DNA of 64,000 nucleotides from Scyliorhinus canicula (GCF_902713615.1 NC_052156.1:133300407-133364406), one strand, 5' to 3'; shown: positions 24,203 through 38,000, numbered from the stretch's first letter. The notes: generated from the sequence alone by a model not told the origin. Numbers and translations are program-made.

Positions 24203-26180
24203 GCTTCAGATGAAGGCTAGCTGACTGGGTTAGACTTACCAAGGAATCAACGGAGTGCTCTAGCTCGTGTGACGATGACAGTGGTGATATGCAGAAACAG
24301 CGAGTCAACTATGAAACAATGTATGGGAAATGTACAAGGATGTCTTTCTGAAACTACTAAAACCTGGAGACCATCTGTATAACTGCATGTGAAAGTCCTC
24401 ACTAAACTTTCAGCATGTTATGAGTGAATACCGTATCATGAAACTTCAATTACGTGACTGGTAAAGTTAGCAGCCACACCAATATAGATCAAGTAATTGA
24501 TGTTGATCATAAGAACATTCCTACATGCATTCAAATGCTGTTCCAATTCAAATTTCCAATATTGATATTTCTCAGTTACAGTTTAAATTTGCAATTCATA
24601 CAGTCATTGGATTACTGAGACTATAAACAACGTGCCACAGGACGTATCGGATCTCGCGCTCTCTGAACCAGAGAAGAGTGGAACATGGTATTAAGGAAAC
24701 TCACATTTACTCTTGCACACCTCCTACTGGCCAGCCTCAGAAAGATGCCAGCATAACACTGACAACAGATCACTTGCCGAGACTCACCTAGAAACTTTTG
24801 AATGACCAAGAAAAATCAGCTTGCTTACTAGCTAATGTGCTAATCATGTCAATAAGGCATTGACATCTACCAATGGGTCCCAATAATCAGGAACATTTTA
24901 AATGTAACTTAAACAATGCTTTTTAAAAAAAACTATAATAACCAAAAACTTATTTCATGACAAAAAAAACCCAAAGCGAAAATGAATTAACTATGGTGTT
25001 GTGACGGATTCCTAGTGATATAAGCTCATTCCAGGAAAATCAGTGGCTTTAAGTTTGTCAGAATATGCTCAATGTTTCACTCTCGTGAACAAATTAGAAG
25101 CTGATTCGCCAAAACAAAGACACTGAGGTGTTATGCAACAGGCGCCTATTTATCATTCTCCCAAATTCTTGGAACTCCATCTCAGTGGATGAGCTTTCCA
25201 ATAGCAGCAATTTTGATTCTGTCTTCATTGTATCTAGATGTTCTGCAGTTTCTTTGTTGATATAATTGAGGTGGCTGTTCATCTTGTTGCTTGTCCTCCT
25301 GCACAAAACGATGGAAGGGCAAATACGCATGTAAATGTGCGTGTCATGCCCACTCTACCATGCTCTAATTCTTGTGACAGCAAGCATGCAAAAGGTTAGT
25401 TTATGAATAGGCACTACCAAATGTTTGTTAGTGACAGTTCTGACATAATACATGGCAGTCCTTGGATAACCAGCAGTTCCAAGGAATTGGAAGCTCGCTG
25501 TGCTGGCCGGTTTTTATTTTTTGTGACACCTGAAAAAACATGAAAACTACAAGAAAGCAATATTATTACTGTAATATTAACCCAAAGCAACTAAAATAAA
25601 AACACTTCAATAAAAGTGCATTTGACCCTTCATTTTACCCCCTCGTTATTATTCTCCCTCTGTTTCCTATTTAACTTTGATTTTATTTCTAACTTATATG
25701 TACTTAACAATACGAATAACCTAACAATTTATTTTGTAATACCAATTAAAATATTATTACGTGTGTTGTTCTGCCTTAAGGTTATCTGTTTTGAAGGCAA
25801 GACCTGAATTGGACAATTTCACCTTTGATTGACTATGGATCACTTTTGACATTAAAAGCTCAGGAGCAAACAATGTGGACAGGAGTGTAAATTCCTTTAA
25901 ATGCAGATCAATGTTGTAATATCAATCTTACTGCAGTCAAACTTAATTTGTGGTGCACCTATATCTTATTTTGCAAAGGTTGCCAAGTGATGCACTCACC
26001 AATTGTAAATGGACAACCTGTCCTAATTAAAAATCATCACCCACGGACATATTTTACACAAATTTAAAATTGAATATCTTACAGTGTCCGCCATCTTCAC
26101 GTTATACATCCCGTATCTGTATTATAAATTTCAAAGCTGGTTTCCTTATCAAGTTATGTTAGCTTAGCAGGGTAACGGAC

Positions 26181-26350
26181 CTGTTGCTGGAGGCACAGTC
26201 TCATGTAACTTTTGCATAGCGACTCCACCAGGGTAGTTGTGGTGGGATGCATACAGTAGTATCCCAGTGTAGCAGGCATTTACCAGCAGATGTGTGATCA
26301 CAATCAAGGATCCTAACTTGTACAGAACAGATTTGCGGTAATTGATCATT
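26181..26350 (-). CDS. ALG12: ALG12 coding exon 7 (170 nt): MINYRKS...[15 protein letters not shown]
   Basis: NYPGG.AM motif; acceptor TTTCACAG, donor GTCCGT; length as in human. Confidence 0.94.
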
Positions 26351-28048
26351 CTGTGAAACAGAAGAGATATAAATAATTAACAATGTGCTTTTACTAGTCA
26401 TTATACTTAGGAAAACAGACACAGTATGCCATCACGCTTTCAAATCCATTAGATCATGATTGATCTGTACCTCAAACTCCCCTCACCTTCCTTTCAGAGA
26501 GAGAATTTACAGTGCAGAAAGAGGCTATTCGGCCCATCGAGTCTGCACCGGCTCCTGGAAAGAGCACCCCACTTAAGCTCACCCCTCCACCCTATCCCAT
26601 ATCCTTTAATACTTTTACTCTATCCATTTCAATTTTGAAAATTTCAAATGACCTAGAACCCACAAACCTTTCAGGAGAGCAAGTTCCAGATTTTATCTAT
26701 CCTTGTGTCAAAAAGTCCTGATTTCAGTTCTAAATGGTCCAGCTCTAGTTTTAAGGTGATGCTGTTTTGTTCTGGAATCGCCAATCTGTAGAAACTTTTA
26801 TATCTATCTTACTGAATCTCTTTATTATTTTGAACACCATGATTAAATCACCCATCAATCTTCTATGTGTACAGAAATAAAAATCAAGTTTATGCAACCT
26901 ATAATCATGAATTAAAGTTTGAGACTAGTAAAATTCTATTGAATCTGCACTGTACCCCTCCCAATATATACTTGCAAGTATATATTTCCTAAGGTTCGGT
27001 GACCAAAGTTCAATGCAGTATCCCAGATGAAGTCTGACCCACATATTGTACAGCTGCAGTATCACTGCTCCACTATTCACCCACCATCACATAAAGGCCA
27101 GCATCCTTTTAAAATGTTTTGATTGATTTTGTACTTGTGCACCAGCTTTTACTAATTTGTGTGCATGGACAGCTAAATTCCTTTGCTTCTTCATAGCCCA
27201 AAATCTTCCACCATTAATAAAATATCCTGTTTTGTTTCCCACAGAATCAAAATTGATGACCTTTTGCTTCTCCACATTAAACTCTTACGGTACACAGTTT
27301 TGCTCACTCACTTTGCAACTTGCTGCTCCTATCTATGCAATGTAGTGCCGCCTAATTTAGTGTAATTTGCAAATGTAGATTTACAACTCTCTGCTGCTTC
27401 ATCCAAGCCATTTGCAGTATTTAGGGTGAAAAGCTGAGGCCCTAATGCAGATCTTTGGGAACACCACAAATAGAGAATGGAAATTTTGGCCTGTACTGTC
27501 CATCCAACTAACCACGTGTGGCACAAGTTTGGCTCCAATTTCATTATTTTGCTTGCACCCTTGTACAAAAGATGTTGGGTATGATCCCAGTTCATCACGT
27601 GTATGATGCAGGCAGTTATTTAATTCTGCTAAGAGCAGGCTTTTTTAAAGAATTAAATTCAAAAGATTTGTCTCATTTATTTTTCTAAGATAAAAAAGAC
27701 CTCCTTGCCGTCCTGAAACTATTGGTGTATTATAATGTAAATAATTATAGCCCGATTGTAAATTCCCAAATGAAATCTTGCAATGTCTGTCTCTGTTCAT
27801 CTAATGGTCCTTTCTGCTGATTTAGTTATGAAAATATACTTGGGAGGTGAATTATTATTGGAGAAACAAGAATAAATTTGTCCACTCTTATTCAGTGTTT
27901 CACAGCCAGATAATGTAGGCTTAACACTCCTAGTAAAAAGGTAGGAGTAGTGGAAGAGTAATTTTGCTGCACTACAAATCTCAAAACATCTGCATGAGCA
28001 GTCGGTTTATAAAAAAGTCAGATCAAACTTGTCTTTTTAAGTACTTAC

Positions 28049-28272
28049 ATGGATGAACATCCTATTGCTGCAATGATGTTCAAGACAGGAAAAGTGTAGA
28101 TTATGAATCTCAACTCCTTGTGAGGTAGGAAAGAATATAAAAAGATGAAACCAAACGTTGGAAAGAGTAACCTCCAACTCCTCCGATCCCTGGCCCCAAG
28201 AGGCAGAAAGGTTATACTGCAACCAAGGGCACGAGGCAGCACCGAGTAAAAATACCAGAAAAAGGGCGAGGT
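28049..28272 (-). CDS. ALG12: ALG12 coding exon 6 (224 nt): [17 protein letters not shown]...[14 protein letters not shown]
   Basis: PHKELRF signature of GT22 mannosyltransferases; donor GTAAGT. Confidence 0.95.
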
Positions 28273-29014
28273 CTGAATAGATTCTCAGTCAAGGAAGCAC
28301 AAAAAATTGTAACTTAAGTCATTAAACTCAAAAAAATATATACATTTAAGGAGTCAGCAAATAACGTTGCAGCCTATCAAATGGAAATTGATTAATTAGG
28401 GATTGTTAAACTAATAGAACAGAATTGATCCTCAACTTTCCTTCAAGAGACAACTTCCAATGCTCTTATTTATGGATTAGATGCAGAGAAAAGCTCCCTC
28501 GACTCTGCTCCAAAGATGTCTCCCCCGTGCCCTCACCACAACCCCAACCGCTCCCCCCCTTCAACCCCCACCCCCTCCCACAGGAGGTGGGAGGCGGTGC
28601 AACATTTCCCAGACTAGGCATACAGGATTCAGATTGCTAGTGAGTGACAAATGTGGATTCCATGTCAATTAGCAATTAGAATGGTTTCACAGATTCTTAT
28701 AGCCAAGAGATAAAGACGTTTGTGACATCAGTCTGCACTGAATTTGAACCTATATCCTACAGTGGAAAGAATCAATGTGTGATGACTCCCACACTAATCG
28801 ATGATTAATTGTAATATTTCAAGTTAGTGATAATCACAGATTGCATCAAAATAGGACAGTCAGCAGATCTCATATTTAGCCTCATATGTAGTGAGACAAG
28901 TTTTAAAACTATATATTCCCAGTGAAGTCAATCTCAATTAAAATAAACATTTTCACTTCTCAGAATTCCGTTTTGAGTTCTACTACAGTGATTTGAAGAC
29001 CATGTAAAGGATAG
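28273..29014 (-). other. ALG12: U12-type (minor spliceosome) intron of ALG12 with CT...AG termini
   Basis: 5' splice site CTATCCTTTAC (29014 to 29004); U12 branch point TTCCTTGAC (28296 to 28288) with the branch A at -17; ends CAG; phase 0 joining WG|TSP. Confidence 0.85.
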
Positions 29015-29118
29015 TCCCCATTTGGAGCTCTTATTCAAGACTGTGTTGTACCAAAGTACTTCTCCCTCAGGCCATAGGAGACGTCGCCAAAATATAGAAT
29101 CCACGCACACAGTTAGAC
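29015..29118 (-). CDS. ALG12: ALG12 coding exon 5 (104 nt): [35 protein letters not shown]
   Basis: DS.FW...WPEG.VLWYN motif; length as in human. Confidence 0.94.
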
Positions 29119-29221
29119 CTGAAATGAAATACATCAGATGTTACTAGATGTGATTATTTGGTTGTGTGGACAAGCCTTTCAATTCAAGTCCTGGTCAAAG
29201 AACAAACAGTAAATGACTTAC

Positions 29222-29416
29222 CCAACCACACTAAACCAGCTGGAACTGCATGGCACAGAATTTCGAAAATAGAAATACGATGGTTCACCAATGATAGCAG
29301 CAGCATGAGGCCCAGGAAAATGCAAAGTTCGGATCGGAACACAATGATAGATAAAGCAGAAAGCCAGATAAAGCTGCCATAGTTCTGTTTCATCCAGGCA
29401 GTAAATGCCAAGATAA
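29222..29416 (-). CDS. ALG12: ALG12 coding exon 4 (195 nt): VILAFTAW...[13 protein letters not shown]
   Basis: FR.EL motif; TTGCAG and GTAAGT boundaries. Confidence 0.94.
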
Positions 29417-29624
29417 CTGCAACATAAAGAAAATAGGCAGTTTTCAAATTAATTTGTCCTTTAAAAAGTATGTGCTTATAGAAATATTTCTTACTGAAAC
29501 CTTCTCTGGAAGTAAAATGTTTGCATGTGAACATGTATTGCTTTAGAACAATTTCAAATCTTAATTTAATCCAGCACAGGTCCCTTTATTATATGTACTG
29601 TACATTTTCAGTCACTACCTTCAA

Positions 29625-30215
29625 TAGTCAGCCTCAGCTCACCAGCACTTGGAGCTAGTCAAAAGATTGTGGTTTCATGTCCCACTCCAGCAGTTGAGTG
29701 CATAATCTATGCTGACACTTTGGTGCAGTTCTGAGGGTGTTCAGTGGTATGGAAAGTTTTGACTTTTAGATAAGACATCAAGCCAAGGCCCGGTTTCCTC
29801 GCTCGTGGATATAAACAATCCCATTGCCCTGTTCAAAGATGCTCTCCCAGTTGCTAAGCACAGTGGTTAGCACTGTTGCTTCATAGCTCCAGGGTCCCGG
29901 GTTTGATTCACGGCTTGAGTCACTGTCTGTGAAGAGTCTCTACATTCTCCCCGTGCCTGAGTGGGTTTCCACTGGTTTCCTCTCACAAGTCCCGAAAGAC
30001 GTGCTGTTAGGTGAATTGGATATTCAGAATTCTCCCTCTGTGTACCTGAAAAGGCATTGGAGTGTGGCGACTGGGGGCTTTTCACAGTAACTTCATTGCA
30101 GTGTAATGTAAGCCTACTTGTGACAATAAAGATTATTATTACTACACTTCAACAGTACTTAGTTGTCCATGAAGTGCTTGGGGAATCCTGAAGTCGTCAA
30201 AGGTGCTATAATTTC
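29625..30215 (+). mobile_element. Deu-domain (SacSINE-like) SINE interrupted by a V-SINE at about 29857-30140
   Basis: tRNA-like head plus 'gctgacact..gtgcagt.ctgaggg' core; the tail resumes at about 30142. Confidence 0.6.
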
Positions 30216-30263
30216 CTTTTCAATCTATATTAATTTTAAACATGTTTATTTATAATTAAACAT

Positions 30264-30541
30264 TGTGATACCGTTAATTCACTGTGAGACCATGAGAACG
30301 AGTGAACATTCGGCTTTAATATCCATGAACTCGCCTGCCAGAGTCGCCTGTACAAATGAGTGCCACCCACAGGTGGCTGGGCTATATATGGCCCCGGTGA
30401 GGGTGGAGCCAGAGGTGGAGTCCACCGGGGTTCCAGTACAGTACCTGGAAGTAGCCCGTATCATCACTTCCAGGTCATGGGTCACACTATTATACAGGCA
30501 GTACAGACAGCTCATGCGTTAGGTGAAGTACATTCACCACA
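30264..30541 (-). mobile_element. Solo LTR (278 bp)
   Basis: TG...CA termini; 5-bp TSD AACAT at 30259-30263 and 30542-30546; TATA-like and ATTAAA signals on the minus strand. Confidence 0.8.
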
Positions 30542-30947
30542 AACATCTGATTTCAGGTGATACTGTATTGGAGAGTGTGGACCAAAGATGGAGTCCAAGA
30601 TGAACATCCTAACCTTCACATTTCTTATGATAGAAAACACTTAATTTCATGCCTTCTACTATTTAATTGTGATTCAAGAATGGCACAAAATAAATGTATT
30701 TCCATCACCAAATTGCCTCACCGTATTTATAGATATTGTAATGAAATATACTAACAGCTTACTGTCAAATACAAATATATACACGCATATTTCAGAATTC
30801 ATGATATTTTTGGACTTTACAGAATCCATTATAAAAATGAAATACAGTTTATATATTTCCAAATTTATTGCAGTGTCAAATTAGTTTACAATAGACCCCA
30901 TCTCCACAAAAAAAATAAACGAAAAGAAATTGCAACACTGCACTCAC

Positions 30948-31121
30948 CAATAGGAAATGCAAATATATTTGGAAGAGTTCTTGAGCAATAGAAGAGAAGA
31001 TGAAACTGGGTTGCTGAGATCCAACAGTAAAAAGAAGCTACCGTTGAGCCAAACTGCTTCCTAACTTCTTTCTGAAGCTTCCACAATGCATAAATCACAC
31101 AGAGACCCAAACATCCTCGAA
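30948..31121 (-). CDS. ALG12: ALG12 coding exon 3 (174 nt): VRGCLG...[19 protein letters not shown]
   Basis: QFH..FY..RTLPN motif; TAACAG and GTGAGT boundaries. Confidence 0.95.
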
Positions 31122-31949
31122 CTGTTAAAGAACAGAGAAAACGGAATACAGTTCAATATTCTTTCTTTAGCAGGCATCAGGGTTATGTCATATGCCGGTG
31201 AAGCTTATTGGAGATTGGACATTTTACTTTTAAAAGGCAGTATGGAATATAGACACTGTACCTTAATAAAGTGTACCCCAGAGGGGTCGGTTAACTGTTT
31301 ATGGTTTCTATACAGACAGCAACTAGCTTCATATCTGGACATGCCTCTGAAAAGTCAATAAATGTGAATGGTCTTTCAGGTGCTGATGACCGCCCTATCC
31401 ATTTGAATTGAAGAGACTTAAAGTAACAATACCTGTTATGCTGGCACCACAATGATGGGATTTCAAGTAAAGACGTTAGGGAGGCTACTCATTGTTGGCA
31501 TGTGGATGGGATATCATTCATTATCCATTTTGTGTCAATCTCACCTGCCAGATATCCATTTTGTGGACAGCAAAGTGCATCAATACTGTTATGACATGAC
31601 TAAAACTGTCTGGAACTAGTCAATGTGTTATTAATCTACAAGAGCAGCTCAGTGAGTCAGTATGGGATACAAAGGCAAGAAGGAAGTCATTTTGTATCCA
31701 GCACAAGATTGGACCCTGCTTCAAAAATAAAGTATTCTGAGGCAGTGAAGCAAGGTTAATTTATTTTACCTGCAGGATTATAAATTGCTATTACTGGGAC
31801 TCGGCACAATTTCATCCAAGATAATATCCACTTGTCTTCCGTGAACCAAGAGAGAATTATTCAGGCCTGTACTGTTTCAGCCACCACCTTTAGGGCTGTT
31901 GTGACCCGACTCTTTTACCATTTAAGTAATTTAACTGCATGTTACATCT

Positions 31950-31988
<39 letters not shown>
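31950..31988. repeat. (TG)n microsatellite
   Basis: Directly visible. Confidence 0.95.
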
Positions 31989-31990
<2 letters not shown>

Positions 31991-32449
31991 TTAGTATGTG
32001 TGAGGGGAATGTGTTGAGATTACAGGCACGATTCTCCAGAAAGATTTTGAAGTGTGGTAGTGAGCGGGAACTGCCGCGAGCTTCCCGGCATTCAGCCCAG
32101 CGAGGCCAGCAACGCTATTCAATGTTAATTGGACCACTTAACGAGGCCCCACGGGCTTCTCGTCGCAAATGAAGGCTCGCCAGCTGCCGGCACCGCACTC
32201 GCGATGGCTCGCTCTCCAGCCTCCTCGGAAGGGAGCTCTGAGGAAGTCACAATTGAGGTGTCACAGCTGTCATCCCCACCCTCCACCAAGGCAGATACAC
32301 GCACCTAGGTGGGACAAGGCTGCAGAGCATGGCCCATCACTGAGATGGAGGAAGGGTGAGGGGGCTCTCCATCGGGAAAGTCAAGAATTTATGACCCATT
32401 AAACACCCTTGAGCACAATCATTATGACGCCTCTGTCACTTTCTTCCGC

Positions 32450-35400
32450 AATACAGACCGACATCCAAATCCTTGCCCCATCTCTCCAGATACCTCCCTG
32501 GAGGTAGCCACCACCTGAGACCGCTTTGTGCGGGAGAACGTGGCCTCGTTCGAGAGAATGAGAGTAACGGAAAAGGGAAAGCAGAGTGGCAAGCGAGAGG
32601 AGTGCAGAGTAAGATGGGGAAAGAACGGGCCGGAATTACAAAGAGCAGGCAAGGGATAAACAAGACAGTAACTCCCGGGAGGGGGGGGTCACCATACTGG
32701 CGGAAAAGCTAGTGCCAGGAACATGCAGCAGATAAAGGCTGCGGCGGACCCCCGATAGAGGGGATGGCGCTTAGCTGGAGGGGGGGGACAAACAGCGGGG
32801 ACGGAGGAATAAACAGCAGAGATGGGGAAAATGAGCTGGGGGAAGGGGGACAGGGGGGGAAGCACAGGAAAGGGGAGACAAGAGGGGGGGGAGCACAGGG
32901 AAGGGGTGACAAGTGGGGGGGGGGTGGGAGGCATAGGGAGAGGGAAAAAAACAAGACCAGAATGAATGCGGCAATATGGCTACAAAGGACCACAACCAGG
33001 GGCCCGGACAAGGCAGCACTGCAAGCAACCACCTTGTACGGTCTCCGGGCGAAGGGAGATCCTGGAGTGCAGGGGACTACCCATTTGGCGGACGCACAGT
33101 TGGTGGCCATTTTGGGTGCCCCTGGACAAAGGGAAACCCCGGAGCGCAGGGACCCGACCACGTGTGGAGAGCAGTGACAACAGCCATCCTGGATGGCCCC
33201 CTAACAAAGGGAAACTGCAGGGGCGCGTCCATCAGGTAAGTATGTTTTTTTTTAAATTTAGAATAACCAATTCATTTTTGTCAATTAAGGGGCAATTTAG
33301 CGTGGCCAATCCACCTAGCCTACACATCTTTTTGCTTATGGGGGTGAAACCCACGCAAACACGGGGAGAATGTGCAAACTCCACACGGACAGCGACCCAG
33401 AGCCAGGATCGAACCTGGGACCTCGGCGCCGTGAGGCTGCAGGGCTAACCCACTGCGCCACCGTGCTGCCCACCAGGTAAGTATGGTTAATCCCACAGGA
33501 GCGGAGGGACAAAACCCCCCCACCAGGATAGTCACCTGGAATGTCAGGGGACTTCAACAGCACAGTGAAAAGAACCAGATTCTTCACCCACCTAAGAAAC
33601 ATAAAGCCGACACAGTCAAGGCTGAACGGAGTGCGGTTCGTACAGACTCATCTCACTACTAAACGTAGATGCCAAAATACTGGCCAAGATAGGCATAGAC
33701 AGATACAGTGCAGGAGGCCATTCGGCCCATCGAGTCTGCACCGGGCCTTGGAAAGAGCATCCCACTTAAGCCCACACGTCCACCCATACCCGTAACCCAG
33801 CACCCCATCCAACCCCTTTGAACACTAAGTGCAATTTAGCATGATCAATCCACCTAACCTGCACGTCTTTGGACTGTGGGAGGAAACCAGAGCTCTCAGA
33901 GGAAACCCATGCAGACAGAAGAATGTGCAGACTCCGCACAGACAATGACCCAAATCGGGAATCGAACCTGGGACCCTGAAGCTATGAAGCGACAGTGCTA
34001 ACCACTGTGCTACCGTGCCGCCCACAAGATCCTAGCCAAAAAGGCTGGAGAACTGCGTACCAGAGGTGGCCACAGAGGATCAAGCTGGTTTTGTCAAAAG
34101 GTAGACAGCTAACATCAAACATCAGGCGTCTGCCGAACGTGATCATGACCCCATCTGGGGAGAGAACACCGGAGCCGATCGTCTCCATCGACGCAGAAAA
34201 GGCCTTCGACAGAGTCGAGTGGAAGTACCTCATAGAGGGACTGGAGCGGTTTGGGCTTGGAACAAGGTTCACCTCCTGGGTGAAGCTCCTGTACAGGGCT
34301 CCCATGGCGAGCGTACGGACAAACAACACGAGTTCCCAGTACTTCCAGCTGCACAGGGCACCAACCTGGGATGTCCGTTGTCCCCGCTGCTGTTCGCCCT
34401 CGCGATCGAACCACTAGCGATCGCGCTCAGAACAGCAAAGAACTGGAGGGAGATCCAAAGAGGTGGCAGAGAGCACAGTCTCGCTCTATGCGGATGACCT
34501 GTTCCTCCACATCTCGGACCCACAAAGCAGCATGGAAGGAATCATCGCCCTGCTGAAAAAGAGTTTGGTGCCTTCTCGGGCTATAAACTCAACATGAGCA
34601 CAAGCGAGATCTTCCCGGTTAACCCGCAAGGGGAAGGGGCTGCACTGGTGGGACTGCCGTTTAAACAAGCCTGACACAAATTCCGCTACTTGGGGATCCA
34701 AATTGCTCATGACTGGACGAGGGTTCACAAATGGAACCTGACCAGTCTGACAGAGAAAGTAAAGAAGGACCTGCAGAGATGAAACATATCTCAGTAGAAG
34801 AGTGTAGATGATCAAAATGAACGTGCTGCCCAGTTACCTCTTCCTACTTAGGTCCATCCCTATCTACAACCCCAAGGCCGTTTCAATTCATTGGACAAAT
34901 TAATCATGCCATTTGTATGGATGGGAGGGGTGGAGATAGAATGATAGGATGCCACAGAAGGTCTTATGAAAGCAAAACCTACAGTACAAGACTGAACAGC
35001 GAGACAGCAGAAAGAGCAACGGGATGGATAAAGGAGCCAGAAGCCAAATGGGTACACGCAGAGGAGGCCTCCTGCAGGGGGACCTCGCTCCGGGTTCTCG
35101 CCACAGTGGCACTCCTATCCCCACCCAGAAAACACTTCAGCAGCCCAGTGGTAGCCACCCTCTAGGTCTGGAACTAGCTACGGCAACAGTTCGGCCCGAC
35201 CAAAATGTCTGACAAAGCCCCCATCTACAATAACCACTCACTGACGCCACCTTTCAAAAGGTGGAAACAGGACAGGGACACACTGACAGTCAGGGACCTA
35301 TATACCGACGGCAGGGTCATAACACCGGACAAACTGATGGAGAGCTTCCAGCTAGCCAAGGACAACGAACTCTGATACCTGCAGCTTAAAAACCTCCTAT

Positions 35401-35775
35401 GGAAGGAGACAAGGACACACTCACCATCACTGCGAAGGGCACTACTAGAAGAACTACTGGATGCAGACATTCTAGTCAGAGAGCGACCACAACAAGCACA
35501 GCAAGGTGGAAGAGCGAAAAGAAGGAACAGGAAGAAAGAACGACAGATGGCCCAAGCTGAGGCAAACGGACAAAAAAAAACGACCAACAGATGTAAGTGA
35601 CATCAGTGACACCACCCAAGTGCCCCTTCCACCCAGTTTTGTTTTGTGTAAGAAAAAATAGAACCCCCCCCCCCACCTTCTCCTATGTGTTATGATTTTT
35701 TTTTTACTTCCTATTTTTCTTGTGTGTACATTTGAAAATATATCATGTATAAAACCCAATAAAAATATTAAAAAA
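32450..35775 (+). mobile_element. L1/Tx1-clade LINE, internally deleted and frameshifted, with two nested SINEs (33245-33470 and 33695-34023)
   Basis: ORF2 start IVTWNVRG at about 33530; reverse-transcriptase motifs SIDAEKAFDRVEW, GCPLSPLLFALAIEPLA and LYADD; 3' tail aaacccaataaaaa. The first SINE has a TSD of about 16 bp (cca.caggtaagtatg). Confidence 0.85.
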
Positions 35776-37479
35776 TGAGGTAGAGAGAGAAATGAAAAGA
35801 GAGGGACTTGATTAAGAGAGAGAAAAACAAGGTAAAAAATATTCATGTCATATTCTTCAAAGTTTCTAACAAGTAAAGCTTGAAAGAATGTGATCTCTTA
35901 TTTGTAAGAGTTGCTTATCAGTGTCCGAGAGGCTGACTGACAGTAATTGAGAAAAAAACCACTTGCATTCATATAACATTGAAGTGTTTTGAAGTGTTGC
36001 AATGTGGGAAGCATGATAGCTAATTTGTGTGCAGCAAGCTCCCACACATATGAAAATGACCACATGATCTGCTTCAATTATGTTGGCTGAGGGATAAATA
36101 TAGCCAGGACACCAAGGGTAACTCTCTCGCTCTTCTTTGAAATAAGACTTATATCCATACGAGAGTGACAGAGAGCAGTTTTAATGTCTCCTCTAAAAGA
36201 GGGCACTTCAATTGACCATAACAAAATGTAGTTTTGGGGAGGAGTTTTTTAACCCGTAATTGCTGTGACTTTAAAGATCGGACCTGAAATAGGCTGTCTT
36301 GCAAGTTTAAATGAAAAGAAAGGATAACCATTTATTTCTCAAGACACAACAAACACATTCCTCACTCATACTAGATACTTCTGACAGTGCAAAGTTACCT
36401 CAGTTCCACACAAGTTTAAAAAAATGACATTTTGACACAGGAATATCAGGTAGACTACAATGCTTCTGGCATAAAGAAACAAAATGCTGGAAATACTCAG
36501 GAGGATTGGCAGCATCTGTGGAGAGAGAAACAGTTCACTTTTTAAAGTTGGTGACCTTTCATTAGAACTTTGCTCTTGTATATAGCTTTTGATGTCTGAT
36601 ATTATTACTTTATCCCATTTTGAGTGTCGAATTCACTTGAGAAAATTTGGAGAGAGAGAGAGCTTTGTGTTAAGCCAGATGGTACTCTAAGCCAGACAAA
36701 GAATCAAAAGCAAAGTACTACAGGTGATGGAAATGTAAGAATGCTGGAAATACTCAGCAGATCAGGTAGCATCTGTGCATAGAGGTAAAGAGTTAATCTT
36801 TTCAGATAGATAGCCTTATGTTACAAAGGAACAGGGTCAGAGACTCAGGCTGTGGTTGAAATGAAAGGAGTCGAAAATTACTCACTCGGTTTACTAGAGA
36901 CCAGTACTGATGCAGTACTAGTCAACTAATTCAATAATATTTGGTACTAGAGATATAGATTAATCAAATGAATCAGATATGAATCAAATAAAAAGACAGA
37001 CATACCATGCAAAACTAATCATGGTATCACTGAAGGAATAACCTAGATGCCAAAACCAGACAAATAACCTTGATGCCAAAAATAAGCAAAGACAATGGTA
37101 GATTGATGGGGGAGAAGATTTGACTTTGACTTAATGATGTATCCAGTTCCAGATAAAGATGTCATGAGCCTTTTCACTGAAACAACAGACTTTAAAATAG
37201 GGCATACGAATGTTGTTTGTGTGGTTATTCACGTACAAAGGACTATACATAGTTTATCCTTGAAACTGCCAACATTAAATCAAACTATATATCTGTAATT
37301 TTGTGATATTTTTCTACTATTTGTGGTGAACATTCTGATAACCATGCTATCTTTGCACACATGCAGTTATAAAATAACTAATGTTACAAAAATAATATTG
37401 CCTGCCCTTAATTTCATCCCCAATAATGCAACATTAAATTGTATCCAACCACTGCTGTTCGTTAGCTGAATATTTCGGT

Positions 37480-38000
37480 TGGTATGGTGGCACTGTGGTT
37501 ATTAGCACTGCTGCCTCACAGATCCACAGTCCCAGGTTCAATTCCGGCCTCGGATGACTGTCTGTGTGGAGTTTGCACTTTCTCCCTGTGTCTGCGTGGG
37601 TTTCTTCCGGGTGCTCCGGTTTCCTCCCACAGTCCAAAGATGTGCAGGTTAGGTGGATTGGCTATGTTAAATTGCCCCTTAGTGTCCAAAAGTTAGGTGG
37701 GGTTACTGGGATGAAAATGAAATGAAATGAAAATCGCTTATTGTCACGAGTTGGCTTCAATGAAGTTACTGTGAAAAGCCCCTAGTCGCCACATTCCGGC
37801 GCCTGTCCGGGGAGGCTGGTACGGGAATCGAACCGTGCTGCTGGCCTGCTTGGTCTGCTTTAAAAGCCAGCGATTTAGCTGAGTGAGCTAAACCAGCCCC
37901 TGGTCGAGGCATGGGCTTAAGTAGGATACTCTTTCCAAGGGCTGGTGCAGACTCGATGGGTCGAATGGCCTTCTTCTGCACTGTAACTTCTATGATTCGA
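37480..38000. mobile_element. HE1-like V-SINE (plus strand) with a nested minus-strand tRNA-Ile-like SINE (37712-37900)
   Basis: Head and core at 37480-37710, inserted element, tail at 37901-38000. Confidence 0.8.

Noticed and set aside
28270-28274. Alternative AC acceptor that would make the U12 intron CT-AC
   Set aside because: It removes 2 nt from the exon and breaks the conserved TSP...PHKELRF frame.
32689-33448. Long G-rich and Pro-rich ORFs
   Set aside because: They fall in the purine-rich inter-ORF spacer of the L1/Tx1 element plus a nested SINE.
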